The notes under the pieces: generated by a model
Databases searched by the model: none
Seen by the model: only the letters and a program-made list of their open reading frames with translations
Told to the model about the DNA's origin: nothing
Shown here: positions 9,614 through 18,642 of the stretch, in pieces
How the letters are laid out: each line of letters starts with the position of its first letter
How positions within the stretch are numbered: the stretch's first letter is position 1
DNA from: Rhizobiaceae bacterium
GTDB taxonomy: Bacteria > Pseudomonadota > Alphaproteobacteria > Rhizobiales > Rhizobiaceae
DNA: 49,381 nt
Assembly (NCBI GenBank): GCA_027484835.1
Contig: JAIXSF010000129.1
Coordinates: 1-49,381 of the forward strand
Reading direction: 5' to 3'
Translations under genes and position numbers: made by a program

Positions 9614-10018
9614 ATGCGGGGTGCGAACCAGACAAGGACAGCAAGGGCAAGAAGCCTTCGAAAGGTCGAGAATGATGCGGAGGCGGCCATGTGGAGCGAA
9701 TTGCGGGCCCGGCGCCTCGGAGGGTACAAGTTCGTCCGGCAGCTGTCGATCGGACCGTACTTCGCTGACTTTGCCTGCCGCGAGGCGCTCTTGGTCGTGG
9801 AAGTCGATGGCAGTCAGCATGCGGACAGTGAATATGATGCGAAACGGAATGCATTTATGAATGCCAATGGTTGGTCAGTCGTTAGGTTCTGGAACGCAGA
9901 TGTGCTGCGAGAACGCGAAGCCGTGCTCGAAACTCTGATCGCCATCCTTGATGGTCGGATCAACGAAGCCGTTCTCAGTCGCGACCTGACCTACCTTCCG
10001 GGGGAGCGGTCGGCATGA
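9614..10018 (+). CDS. DUF559 / Vsr-like restriction-fold endonuclease domain protein
   Basis: ARSLRK..AE..MW.ELR, KFVRQ..IGPY.ADF.C, VEVDG.QH, D..R..F...G..V.RFWN; ATGA overlap with the next gene. Confidence 0.88.
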   Translation: MRGANQTRTARARSLRKVENDAEAAMWSELRARRLGGYKFVRQLSIGPYFADFACREALLVVEVDGSQHADSEYDAKRNAFMNANGWSVVRFWNADVLREREAVLETLIAILDGRINEAVLSRDLTYLPGERSA

Positions 10019-11310
10019 ACCGCCTCCTCGAAGCCGAGCTCATCTACGGCCGCCTGCTTCCCATCCGCGAGCCGCATCTCGTCGCGCGCTACAACAAGGC
10101 GCTCGTCGCCTTCGGCTTGCCCGAGACCAAGCTTGCCGAATTCGACATCGACATCACCGGCTTTTCGCCGCAGGTGGCGCAAGAGCTTGGCGATCCCGAT
10201 TATCTCGATCCGCTGAAGGTCAACCGGCGCTTCATCATTCTCACGCCGGAGCAAGACAGTCTGCCGGTCGTGCATACGAGCTTTTCCAACACCGCCGGCC
10301 TGATGCACGAGTTCTATTCGGCCAATGCGCGGGCGATCCATGCGATCACGCTGAAGGACACGCTCTATGGCGAGATCGAGGACAGTGTCTCGGAGGTCAA
10401 GACGCTTGATGACCTGCTGTCGATCAACGAGGTGACGTTCAAGGTGCTGTCGGCCGAAGACCTGCTCGGCAAGGCAGGGCAGCTTCGGCAGCTTTGCGAT
10501 GCACTGGTGACGAGCCCGGATGCCTGGCGCGACGATACGATGCTGGAGCGTATGGTCGCGCGGGCCAAGGAAACCGGTGACATCCGCCAGAACACCCTGG
10601 TGCCGGACAAGCTCGTGTTTCGCCATGATGCCTTCTGGGCCGATCATTTCGGCGGCGTCTTCGTCTTTGTCGATGAGAAAATCACCACTGTGATCTGCGA
10701 TCCGGCGGCACCCGGCTTCCGCCGGTCGAGGCCGTGGCAGGTCAGCTACATCTCGATCCAGGATACAGCGCAGGTCGGGGAGTTCCTGGCACGAACGGGC
10801 CGCATCGAGTTGCCGCGGGCAAGCTGGGTCGAGAGTTCCGGCCTCTTTGCCCATCGCCTCGAAATGGCGCTGTTGTCCGTTGCTGCCAGCCTCGATCCGA
10901 TGCCTGATCTGACACGTATCGACGCCGTCTGGATGCAGACCTTCCTGCATCGCAACGCAAAGGTGATCAACGAGCGCGGCATCTATCCGCTGCTGCAGGA
11001 AGCGCAACGCACGCTGTCGCGGACCGGAAATCTGCGCATGGCCGACATCGATCCCAAGCTGAGGCTCTGGCTCGTGCGCGCCGAGCCCGATCATCCCGAC
11101 CAATGGCTGACGAACCGGCTGATCGCGCATCTGACGCCGGAGGACTTTGTCTCGCGCTTCGTCTTCGACAAGCAGGGCTTCTACCGCGCCTATGACCTCT
11201 ATCCGGAAGCCTATCGCGATTATGTTGTATCCCGCCTGTCCGACACTTATCTGAAGGACAAGGCCGCCTTCCGCAAACGCCTCTATGGATTAGGAGATGA
11301 CCATGCTTGA
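10015..11310 (+). CDS. DUF6638-like protein of unknown function
   Basis: N-terminus LIYGRL....PHLV.RYN.AL..GL..T.L..F.ID..G.SP recalled as this family; tightly coupled within the operon. Confidence 0.65.
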   Translation: MNRLLEAELIYGRLLPIREPHLVARYNKALVAFGLPETKLAEFDIDITGFSPQVAQELGDPDYLDPLKVNRRFIILTPEQDSLPVVHTSFSNTAGLMHEFYSANARAIHAITLKDTLYGEIEDSVSEVKTLDDLLSINEVTFKVLSAEDLLGKAGQLRQLCDALVTSPDAWRDDTMLERMVARAKETGDIRQNTLVPDKLVFRHDAFWADHFGGVFVFVDEKITTVICDPAAPGFRRSRPWQVSYISIQDTAQVGEFLARTGRIELPRASWVESSGLFAHRLEMALLSVAASLDPMPDLTRIDAVWMQTFLHRNAKVINERGIYPLLQEAQRTLSRTGNLRMADIDPKLRLWLVRAEPDHPDQWLTNRLIAHLTPEDFVSRFVFDKQGFYRAYDLYPEAYRDYVVSRLSDTYLKDKAAFRKRLYGLGDDHA

Positions 11311-12412
11311 CCCGATCATCGCGTTCTTCCAACGCGTCTTTGCCGCCATCGGCCGCGGCATCGGCATGGTGGTCGCCTGGCTGCTCTGGCCGTTTCTGGC
11401 TGCTCATGGCTGGTACCGGGATCGCAGCTGGATCATCAAGGGACCGATCCTGGCAGTGCTTGTGCTGCTGGTGGTGCTCTATGGTCAGTTCCTCTACCGC
11501 ACCCAGGTCTGGTACGCCTTCGATCCGGCCTTTGCGCAGGCCTACAAGTTCGCCGAGCGGACTGTGCCTGCAGGCGCTCCGCTTCCTGATCAGACCAACC
11601 GCTGTCAGGACTCGGCCGTCGTCATGATGTCGGCTGCGCTTACCGACCAGAACGTCAACCAGAATACCTGGGTCTCGTCCACGCTGCTTTACAAGCTCGG
11701 CCTGTTCGGGCTCGACTGGGATACGACGCCTTTCATGGACAACAAGGCCTCGTTCCAGCGCGGCGTGAACCAGGTCGTGCGCCGGACCGCCATTCAGCTC
11801 GCCGACAATCTCGGACGTGTGCGTGGCACGTCGGGCATCAACAACGATCTGCAGGATGCGCGCGGCAACATCCAGTTCGACGAGAGCACCTGGTATTTCG
11901 GCACCGATCCTTTCGGCTTCAAGACGCCGACGCCCAGCTATTACCGTGCGGCCGTCGAAAGCTGGAACCGCTTCAACACGTCGCTCGCCAGCTGTGAAGC
12001 GGTGTTCGATACGCGTTCGGACAACCTGCTGCAGCTGCTGGATGGTATGGCGAGCGATCTCGGCAATACTTCCGACATCCTGCGCCGCCGCTCGGAGGAG
12101 TTCAATGCGGGATGGTTCGATACCCGTGCCGACGACCGCTTCTGGTTCGCCTATGGGCAGCTTTATGCGCAGTATGCCATCCTGCAGGCAACCCGCGCCG
12201 ATTTCGGCGAAGTCATCCGCGAACGCAATCTGACGGCCATCTGGACCGAACTCGAACGTCAGCTGCAGGGTGCGCTGCGGATCCAGCCCGCGATCATCTC
12301 GAATGGCCGCGAAGACGGCTGGATCATGCCGACACATTTGGCGACCATGGGCTTCTATATCCTGCGCGTCCGCTCCAACATGGTCGAAATCCGCGCCATC
12401 CTCGATCGTTGA
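11303..12412 (+). CDS. DUF2333-like membrane-anchored protein
   Basis: Two N-terminal hydrophobic segments, then F.DNK.SFQRG, RVRGTS....DLQ.A.G, DDRFW.A.GQ.Y, HLA.MGFY.LR motifs. Confidence 0.75.
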   Translation: MLDPIIAFFQRVFAAIGRGIGMVVAWLLWPFLAAHGWYRDRSWIIKGPILAVLVLLVVLYGQFLYRTQVWYAFDPAFAQAYKFAERTVPAGAPLPDQTNRCQDSAVVMMSAALTDQNVNQNTWVSSTLLYKLGLFGLDWDTTPFMDNKASFQRGVNQVVRRTAIQLADNLGRVRGTSGINNDLQDARGNIQFDESTWYFGTDPFGFKTPTPSYYRAAVESWNRFNTSLASCEAVFDTRSDNLLQLLDGMASDLGNTSDILRRRSEEFNAGWFDTRADDRFWFAYGQLYAQYAILQATRADFGEVIRERNLTAIWTELERQLQGALRIQPAIISNGREDGWIMPTHLATMGFYILRVRSNMVEIRAILDR

Positions 12413-12424
12413 TATGTGGCTTAT

Positions 12425-12456
12425 CGCTCGCCCGCCGCTTCGGCTGCGGGCGAGCG
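12425..12456 (+). terminator. GC-rich hairpin after the AAA operon
   Basis: CGCTCGCCCGC / GCGGGCGAGCG 11-bp stem; no clear U-tail. Confidence 0.45.
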
Positions 12457-12627
12457 CCGCTTGTCCACCGCCGCCCAATCCGCTCCACCGACATGCGCTT
12501 GCCACCGCCGCGCATATGCAGTAAGCATATTCTGAGGTACGTACCTCATTTGCGCTCGCTAGGCTCGTGATCGACAATGCGAGGCCGCTGCGGTGAGGTG
12601 GGTCAATGCTGCGTGGGAGGCGCTGTC

Positions 12628-13278
12628 ATGTCGACTTTGGAACTTCAATCGGATTTCTTGATCAAGGACGCGGCATCGCTTCGCAGTCTTTACGATCAGA
12701 CCCATGCGCTGGCGCTGCAGAAGCAACGCCAAGCGCTCGGCCCGAACGCTCAAGCCTTCATCCGCCGTTCGCCGTTTCTCTGCATCGGCACGCAAGGGAA
12801 CGAGGGCAAGGCCGATGTCAGCCCGCGCGGCGATGCGCCGGGCTTCGTGCATATTCTCGACGACAGGACACTGGCCATTCCGGATCGACCGGGCAACAAC
12901 AGGCTCGATACGCTCGACAATATCCTCGCCAATCGCTCGGTTGGGCTGCTTTTTCTGATACCGGGATTTGACGAAACCTTGCGGGTCAATGGACGGGCCC
13001 AGCTGACGACGCAGCAGGATCTCCTGGAGGCGATGGCCGTCGGCGAGCGGCTCCCGAAACTCGCCATCGTGGTCGAGGTGGACGAAGTTTTCCTGCACTG
13101 CGCCAAGGCATTCCGGCGATCGCATCTCTGGGATCCGGCGAGCATTCAGGATCGCAGCGAGATGCCATCGCTAATGCAGATGATCCTCGCCGATACCACG
13201 GGTGCTCCTGACGACCCCGAGGCCATGACGAAGATGGACGAAAATCTAGAGATCGCCTACCGCCAGACGATGTACTGA
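12628..13278 (+). CDS. PPOX-type FMN-binding flavoprotein (MSMEG_1061-like)
   Basis: FI..SPF, DVSPRGD.PGFV, PDRPGNNRLDTL.NI, ETLRVNG.A, FLHCAKAF.RS.LW; GGGAGG RBS. Confidence 0.88.
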   Translation: MSTLELQSDFLIKDAASLRSLYDQTHALALQKQRQALGPNAQAFIRRSPFLCIGTQGNEGKADVSPRGDAPGFVHILDDRTLAIPDRPGNNRLDTLDNILANRSVGLLFLIPGFDETLRVNGRAQLTTQQDLLEAMAVGERLPKLAIVVEVDEVFLHCAKAFRRSHLWDPASIQDRSEMPSLMQMILADTTGAPDDPEAMTKMDENLEIAYRQTMY

Positions 13279-13291
13279 GGCGTGCTTAGCC

Positions 13292-14032
13292 TCAGCTGAT
13301 GATCTTCAGCCGGATTGCCTTGGCGACCAGCTGGGTGCGATTGACGCAATCGAGCTTGCGGATGGCATTGGTCATGTAGGCGTTGACCGTGTGGTCCGAG
13401 AGCGAAAGGATCTGGCCGATCTCCAGCGATGTCTTGCCCTGAGCGGTCCAGCGGACGACCTCGAGCTCGCGGGCCGAGAGAACATTGGTGTTGCTGGCGG
13501 TGCGCCGCATGCGGTCGAAGACGTCGAAGGCCTGGATGCTCAGCATCGACAGTTCGTTGATCTCGGCCAGCGCCAGCGGGCCGCGATCGCCGTCGTAGCG
13601 CACGACAAACCGGCTGCCGTCGACGGAGTATACCGAGAACAGCACGCCCGATATCATTCGGAACTTGCGCATCAGGGCTGCGAATTCCGTCGGGCAGTCG
13701 AAGGTCGGGGAGGTGCCGTCCGGGCCGATCGTCCAGGAATTATGCATGATCGAGCGGGTGATATGGGGAACCGTCGGGCAATGCTTGAGGAATTCTTGGC
13801 GGTCGAATTCGCGGCAATACTCGACCGGCAGCGTCGTTTCCCGCACCAGCGGACCCACGAGCCGGTCCTGCGCGGTGGGAGCCGTCGCCAGTGTCACATA
13901 ATCCAGGTCGTATTCGCGTGCCGCACGTGACCAGCTGTCCATCAGTTCGGCGCGATTCTGACAGCTCCCGATATCCTGGCTCAAGAGCGTCTGTCTTTCT
14001 GGCAACATTTTATCAATTTCGAAAGTTGACAA
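13292..14032 (-). CDS. LuxR-family solo regulator (autoinducer-binding-like domain plus HTH)
   Basis: C-terminal LSARELEVVRWTAQGKTS.EI..IL.LS.HTVN.Y; start uncertain (TTG 14032 or ATG 14008). Confidence 0.85.
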   Translation of the reverse strand: MSTFEIDKMLPERQTLLSQDIGSCQNRAELMDSWSRAAREYDLDYVTLATAPTAQDRLVGPLVRETTLPVEYCREFDRQEFLKHCPTVPHITRSIMHNSWTIGPDGTSPTFDCPTEFAALMRKFRMISGVLFSVYSVDGSRFVVRYDGDRGPLALAEINELSMLSIQAFDVFDRMRRTASNTNVLSARELEVVRWTAQGKTSLEIGQILSLSDHTVNAYMTNAIRKLDCVNRTQLVAKAIRLKIIS

Positions 14033-14163
14033 CGAAGCGGAAGTTTACGAGCAATATATCAGTCCGGCCGAAAAGCTAGCGATTTTTCGGGGCTTGTCAC
14101 TATTAATATGACTAATTTCTCACCCTTGCTACTCAAAATAGCGTTTGCCTGTTATGATGATGT

Positions 14164-14628
14164 TTATACAGGCAGACTGGACACCGCCTTCACTTCTTCC
14201 ATCACCGCATATGTGTGCGTTTCGCGAACGCCGGGCAGTGGCAGGATCACCTCGGACAGAAACTGGCGATAGGCTTCCATGCCTGCAACCCGGGCTTTGA
14301 CCAGATAGTCGAAGCCGCCGGCGACCATGTGGCATTCCATGACATCGTCGGAACGTTTGACCGCAGCCGCGAAGGTGTCGAACACGTCGGCCGTCGTGCG
14401 GTCCAGTTTCACTTCGATGAAGACCAGAAGGTTGCGGCCGAGCTTCTGCGGTGAGAGCATCGCCATGTAGCCGGTGATGTAACCTTCGCGGGTCAGGCGC
14501 CGGACGCGTTCGGCGGTCGCCGTCGGTGACAGGTTCACCCGTTCGGCAAGCTCGATATTGGTCAGCCGACCCTCCGCCTGCAGCGCTCGGAGGATCTTGC
14601 GATCGAGGCGGTCCAGTTCCTTGCTCAT
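14164..14628 (-). CDS. putR: Lrp/AsnC-family proline utilisation regulator
   Basis: LD..D.KIL..LQ..GR, ECHMVAGGFDYL; divergent from putA. Confidence 0.85.
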   Translation of the reverse strand: MSKELDRLDRKILRALQAEGRLTNIELAERVNLSPTATAERVRRLTREGYITGYMAMLSPQKLGRNLLVFIEVKLDRTTADVFDTFAAAVKRSDDVMECHMVAGGFDYLVKARVAGMEAYRQFLSEVILPLPGVRETHTYAVMEEVKAVSSLPV

Positions 14629-14735
14629 TCTCTACGAAACTCCATTTTCCTAGTGAATATGCCAGAATAGTTACTGAAGAATAGTGGGAAATCCCGCAAA
14701 TCAGGCGATATGTTGCCGATAACACGGAGGTGACA

Positions 14736-17700
14736 ATGATCAAGGCAGCCATGACAGATTTTCCGCGCTTCGAAGCCCCCTATGCGGGCGATGACGACCA
14801 GCTCATCCGCCATTTTGCGTCGCGCCTGTCGCTGTCGGAGAGCCAGAACGGCGCCATCGACCGCCGCGCCACCACCTATATCGAGGCCATCAGGGACAAC
14901 TCCGGCTCGATCGGAGGCGTCGAAGATTTCCTCCGCGAATACGGGTTGTCGACGCGTGAAGGTCTGGCCCTGATGGTGCTCGCCGAAGCGCTCTTGCGCG
15001 TGCCCGATGCGCTGACCCAGGATCGGCTGATCGAAGACAAGCTGAAAGAGGGTGGCTGGAGCGAACACGAGGCGCATGGCGACAGCTGGTTCGTCTCGGC
15101 CTCTGCCTGGGCGCTCGGTCTGTCGGCCCGCGTCATCCGTCCCGGCGAGACGCCTGAGGGTGTCATGCGTGGCCTCGTGAAGCGCCTCGGCCTGCCCACC
15201 GTACGCTCCGCCACCAAGCAGGCGATGCGTTTCCTCGGCCATCATTTCGTGCTCGGCGAAACAATCAAGGATGCGCTGTCGCGCGCTGCCAAGAGCGAAG
15301 AGCGCGGCTACCGCCATTCCTTCGACATGCTGGGCGAGGGCGCCCGCACCGCTGAAGACGCCAAGCGTTACTTCCAGTCCTATGCCAGCGCCATCGAGGC
15401 GATCGGCGCGCATATGGCCAAGCATGGCAAGAGCCAGCAGCTGCCAAACCGCATGGGCATTTCGGTGAAGCTCTCGGCGCTGCATCCGCGCTATCTCGCG
15501 ACCCATCGCGACCGCGTCATGCGCGAACTGGTGCCGGATCTGTTGAAACTTGCGCAGATGGCCAAGGCGCATCAGCTCAACTTCACCGTCGATGCCGAAG
15601 AGGCCGACCGTCTCGAGCTGTCGCTCGATGTCATTGCTGCCGTTTTCGCCGATCCGTCGCTATCAGGCTGGGACGGTTTCGGTCTCGCCATCCAGGCCTA
15701 TCAGAAGCGCGCGCCGCAGGTGATCGACTATATCGACAGCCTCTGCCAGCAGTATGGTCGCCGGATGATGGTGCGGCTCGTCAAGGGCGCCTATTGGGAC
15801 ACTGAAGTGAAGCGTGCCCAGGAGCGTGGTCTCGACGATTACCCGGTCTGGACCCGCAAGCAGGCAACCGATTTGTCCTACCTGCATTGCGCGGCCAAAC
15901 TCATGGAAAAGCGCGCGCGCATCTTCCCTCAGTTTGCCACCCACAATGCGCTCACCGTCTCGACGATCATCGAGCTTGCCGGTGCCGATCGCTCCGGCTT
16001 CGAGTTCCAGCGCCTGCATGGCATGGTCGAGGCCCTCTACGACGCACTGCTTTCGGGCAATGACCGCATCGCCTGCCGCATCTATGCACCTGTCGGCGGA
16101 TACCGTGACCTGCTCGCCTATCTCGTTCGCCGTCTGCTCGAAAACGGCGCGAACTCGTCCTTCGTTGCGGTGGCCGGTGACAAGAACATCCCGGTTACGG
16201 CACTTCTGGAGCGGCCGACCGAAAAGCTCGGCTTGAGCAATGGCCAGAGCGCCCGCCACAGCCAGATCCCGATGCCCCTCGGCCTTTACGGCGACCGCAA
16301 GAACAGCGCCGGCTTCGAATTCGGTCATCGCGACAATCTTGAGCGTTTGATGGCCCGGATCAGTCAGCCGATCGCACAGGTCGCGGCCCGTCCTCTGGTG
16401 CCGGGTGCAACCGGCGCCACCACCGAGGAGCCCGTGCTGTCGCCGGCCGATCGCGCCCGCAAGGTCGGCACCGTGCGCAACGCAACGCCCGCCGATGTTG
16501 ACCGTGCCTTTGCCGCCGGCCGCCAAGGGTTTGCCAGCTGGTCGCGGGTCTCGGTCGAGGAGCGCGCTGCCACCCTCGACAAGCTTGCCGATCTGCTGGA
16601 GGCCGATCGCGACCGGTTGCTGGCGCTTCTGGCGCTCGAGGCCGGCAAGACACTGGACGATGGTGTTGCCGAAATCCGTGAGGCCGTCGACTTCTGCCGC
16701 TACTATGCCAACCAGGCCCGCAAGCAGTTCGGCGAAGCCGAAGTCATGCCCGGCCCGACGGGAGAGCTCAACCGTCTCTCCTGGCGCGGCCGCGGCGTCT
16801 TCGCCTGCATTTCGCCCTGGAACTTCCCGCTTGCGATCTTCCTCGGCCAGGTCTCGGCGGCCCTGGTTGCCGGCAATGCCGTTGTCGCCAAGCCGGCACC
16901 GCAGACGCCGCTGATTGCCTTTGAAGCCGTGAAGCTCTTCCATCAGGCGGGCGTTCCCGAAGATGTGCTGATGTTGCTCCCGGGTGGCGGCGAAGTCGGA
17001 GCCGCGATCGCGGCCCACCCGCGGCTTGCCGGCGTTGCCTTTACCGGCTCGACGGCGACGGCTCAGGCGATCAACCGCACGCTCGCTGCCAAGAACGGCC
17101 CGATCGTGCCGCTGATTGCCGAAACCGGCGGCATGAACGCCATGATCGTCGACGCGACGGCGCTTGCCGAACAGGTGGCCGACGATGTCGTGATGTCCGC
17201 CTTCCGCTCGGCCGGCCAGCGCTGCTCGGCGCTCCGCATCCTCTATCTGCAGGAAGACATTGCCGACGGCATGCTGGAGATGATCGAGGGTGCTGCCCGC
17301 GAACTCAATCTCGGCAATCCGCTCGACATCACCACCGATATCGGCCCTGTCATCGACGAGAAGCAGAAGGCGATGCTGGAGGGCCATGTCGCCGACATGA
17401 AGCGGACGCAGAAGGTACGCTATGCCGGCAAGGTGCCGGCGTCCGGCAACTTCTTTGCCCCGCATATCGTCGAGCTCGATCGCCCCGAGGTTCTGACCAA
17501 GGAAATCTTCGGTCCCGTGCTTCACGTCGTGCGCTGGAAGGCCAAGGCGCTGGACCAGGTCATCGCCTCGATCGATGCGACAGGCTATGGCCTGACACTT
17601 GGCGTGCACAGCCGCATCGAGGCGACCATCCGCACAGTCACCGAAGCGCTCGACACCGGCAACATCTACGTCAACCGCAACATGATCGGTGCGGTCGTCG

Positions 17701-17855
17701 GCACACAGCCCTTCGGCGGTTCGGGCATGTCCGGCACCGGCTTCAAGGCGGGTGGTCCCGCCTATCTCAGCCGCTTTGCGGTCGAACAGGTGATGTCGGT
17801 GAACACCGCCGCTGCCGGCGGCAATGCCAGCCTGATCGCGATCGGCGAGGGCTGA
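14736..17855 (+). CDS. putA: Bifunctional proline dehydrogenase / P5C dehydrogenase (short form)
   Basis: SFDMLGE, ISVKLSALHPRY, RLVKGAYWD, ATHN, YLVRRLLENGAN, ETGG, SAGQRCSA, EIFGP; GGAGG RBS. Confidence 0.96.
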   Translation: MIKAAMTDFPRFEAPYAGDDDQLIRHFASRLSLSESQNGAIDRRATTYIEAIRDNSGSIGGVEDFLREYGLSTREGLALMVLAEALLRVPDALTQDRLIEDKLKEGGWSEHEAHGDSWFVSASAWALGLSARVIRPGETPEGVMRGLVKRLGLPTVRSATKQAMRFLGHHFVLGETIKDALSRAAKSEERGYRHSFDMLGEGARTAEDAKRYFQSYASAIEAIGAHMAKHGKSQQLPNRMGISVKLSALHPRYLATHRDRVMRELVPDLLKLAQMAKAHQLNFTVDAEEADRLELSLDVIAAVFADPSLSGWDGFGLAIQAYQKRAPQVIDYIDSLCQQYGRRMMVRLVKGAYWDTEVKRAQERGLDDYPVWTRKQATDLSYLHCAAKLMEKRARIFPQFATHNALTVSTIIELAGADRSGFEFQRLHGMVEALYDALLSGNDRIACRIYAPVGGYRDLLAYLVRRLLENGANSSFVAVAGDKNIPVTALLERPTEKLGLSNGQSARHSQIPMPLGLYGDRKNSAGFEFGHRDNLERLMARISQPIAQVAARPLVPGATGATTEEPVLSPADRARKVGTVRNATPADVDRAFAAGRQGFASWSRVSVEERAATLDKLADLLEADRDRLLALLALEAGKTLDDGVAEIREAVDFCRYYANQARKQFGEAEVMPGPTGELNRLSWRGRGVFACISPWNFPLAIFLGQVSAALVAGNAVVAKPAPQTPLIAFEAVKLFHQAGVPEDVLMLLPGGGEVGAAIAAHPRLAGVAFTGSTATAQAINRTLAAKNGPIVPLIAETGGMNAMIVDATALAEQVADDVVMSAFRSAGQRCSALRILYLQEDIADGMLEMIEGAARELNLGNPLDITTDIGPVIDEKQKAMLEGHVADMKRTQKVRYAGKVPASGNFFAPHIVELDRPEVLTKEIFGPVLHVVRWKAKALDQVIASIDATGYGLTLGVHSRIEATIRTVTEALDTGNIYVNRNMIGAVVGTQPFGGSGMSGTGFKAGGPAYLSRFAVEQVMSVNTAAAGGNASLIAIGEG

Positions 17856-17865
17856 TCGTCAATAG

Positions 17866-17890
17866 AAAACCCGCCTGCAAAGGCGGGTTT
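17866..17890. terminator. Bidirectional terminator between putA and the UPF0114 gene
   Basis: AAAACCCGCCT-GCAA-AGGCGGGTTT. Confidence 0.8.
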
Positions 17891-17928
17891 GTCCGGTGTT
17901 TCGAGAGAGGGCAGCCAGCGCGGAGATC

Positions 17929-18450
17929 TCAGATCTTGTCTGCGTCGCTGCCCTTCTTCTTGCCGTTCATCATGACCTCCAGATAGCCGAGCATCACCGC
18001 CGAGACGACGAAGGCGAGGTGAATGATGGTCAGCCACATCAGCTTGCCGTCGGTATACTGGTTGGCGTTCAGGAAGACCTGCAGCAGGTGGATCGACGAG
18101 ATCGCTACGATCGAGGACGCGACCTTGATCTTCAGGCTGCCGGCATCGAGCTTGCCGAGGAAAGACACCTCGTCGTTTGCCTCGTCGAAGCGGCTGACGA
18201 AATTCTCGTAGCCGGAAATCATCACCATGACGATCAGGCTCGCAACCAGCGCTGCATCGATCAGCGCCAGCATGGCGAGGATCATCTCGAAGTCCTCGTA
18301 GACGAAGACATTCTGGGCAATCTTCAGGAACTTGTAGCCGAAGGAAACCGCATAGACGCCGAGGGCCGCGACCAGGCCGAGATAGAAGGCGACCAGGATC
18401 CAGCGGCTCGACAGGATGATTTTCTCGATCAGCAGTTCCAGCGATTTCAT
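17929..18450 (-). CDS. UPF0114 / YqhA-family membrane protein
   Basis: SRW...FY.GL, SGYENFVSR, LKIKVASSIVAISSIHLL motifs. Confidence 0.88.
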   Translation of the reverse strand: MKSLELLIEKIILSSRWILVAFYLGLVAALGVYAVSFGYKFLKIAQNVFVYEDFEMILAMLALIDAALVASLIVMVMISGYENFVSRFDEANDEVSFLGKLDAGSLKIKVASSIVAISSIHLLQVFLNANQYTDGKLMWLTIIHLAFVVSAVMLGYLEVMMNGKKKGSDADKI

Positions 18451-18642
18451 GGCGGCATCCTCTCGGCGGGCAATTGTTGCGGCGCAAATATTACATCACT
18501 GCCGGCTTCGACAAGAGGGTGGTTCCATCGCGGGTCGGTTTTAGACCGGTGGATTTCGTTTTGAAAAAAGTCGGCCGCCCTGCTTGCCATCGCGCCCGCG
18601 CCGTCCGATCCTCCGGACCAATGAAAAGGGGCGGGGAAACAC

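Noticed and set aside
9453-9860. ORFs spanning the palindromic element (9453-9860 +, 9473-9820 -, 9379-9729 -)
   Set aside because: They are translations of repeat DNA or overlap the DUF559 gene out of frame
18451-18642. Possible ZTP or THF riboswitch upstream of fhs
   Set aside because: I could not find the conserved aptamer motifs; the region is a short divergent promoter. An Rfam cmscan would settle it
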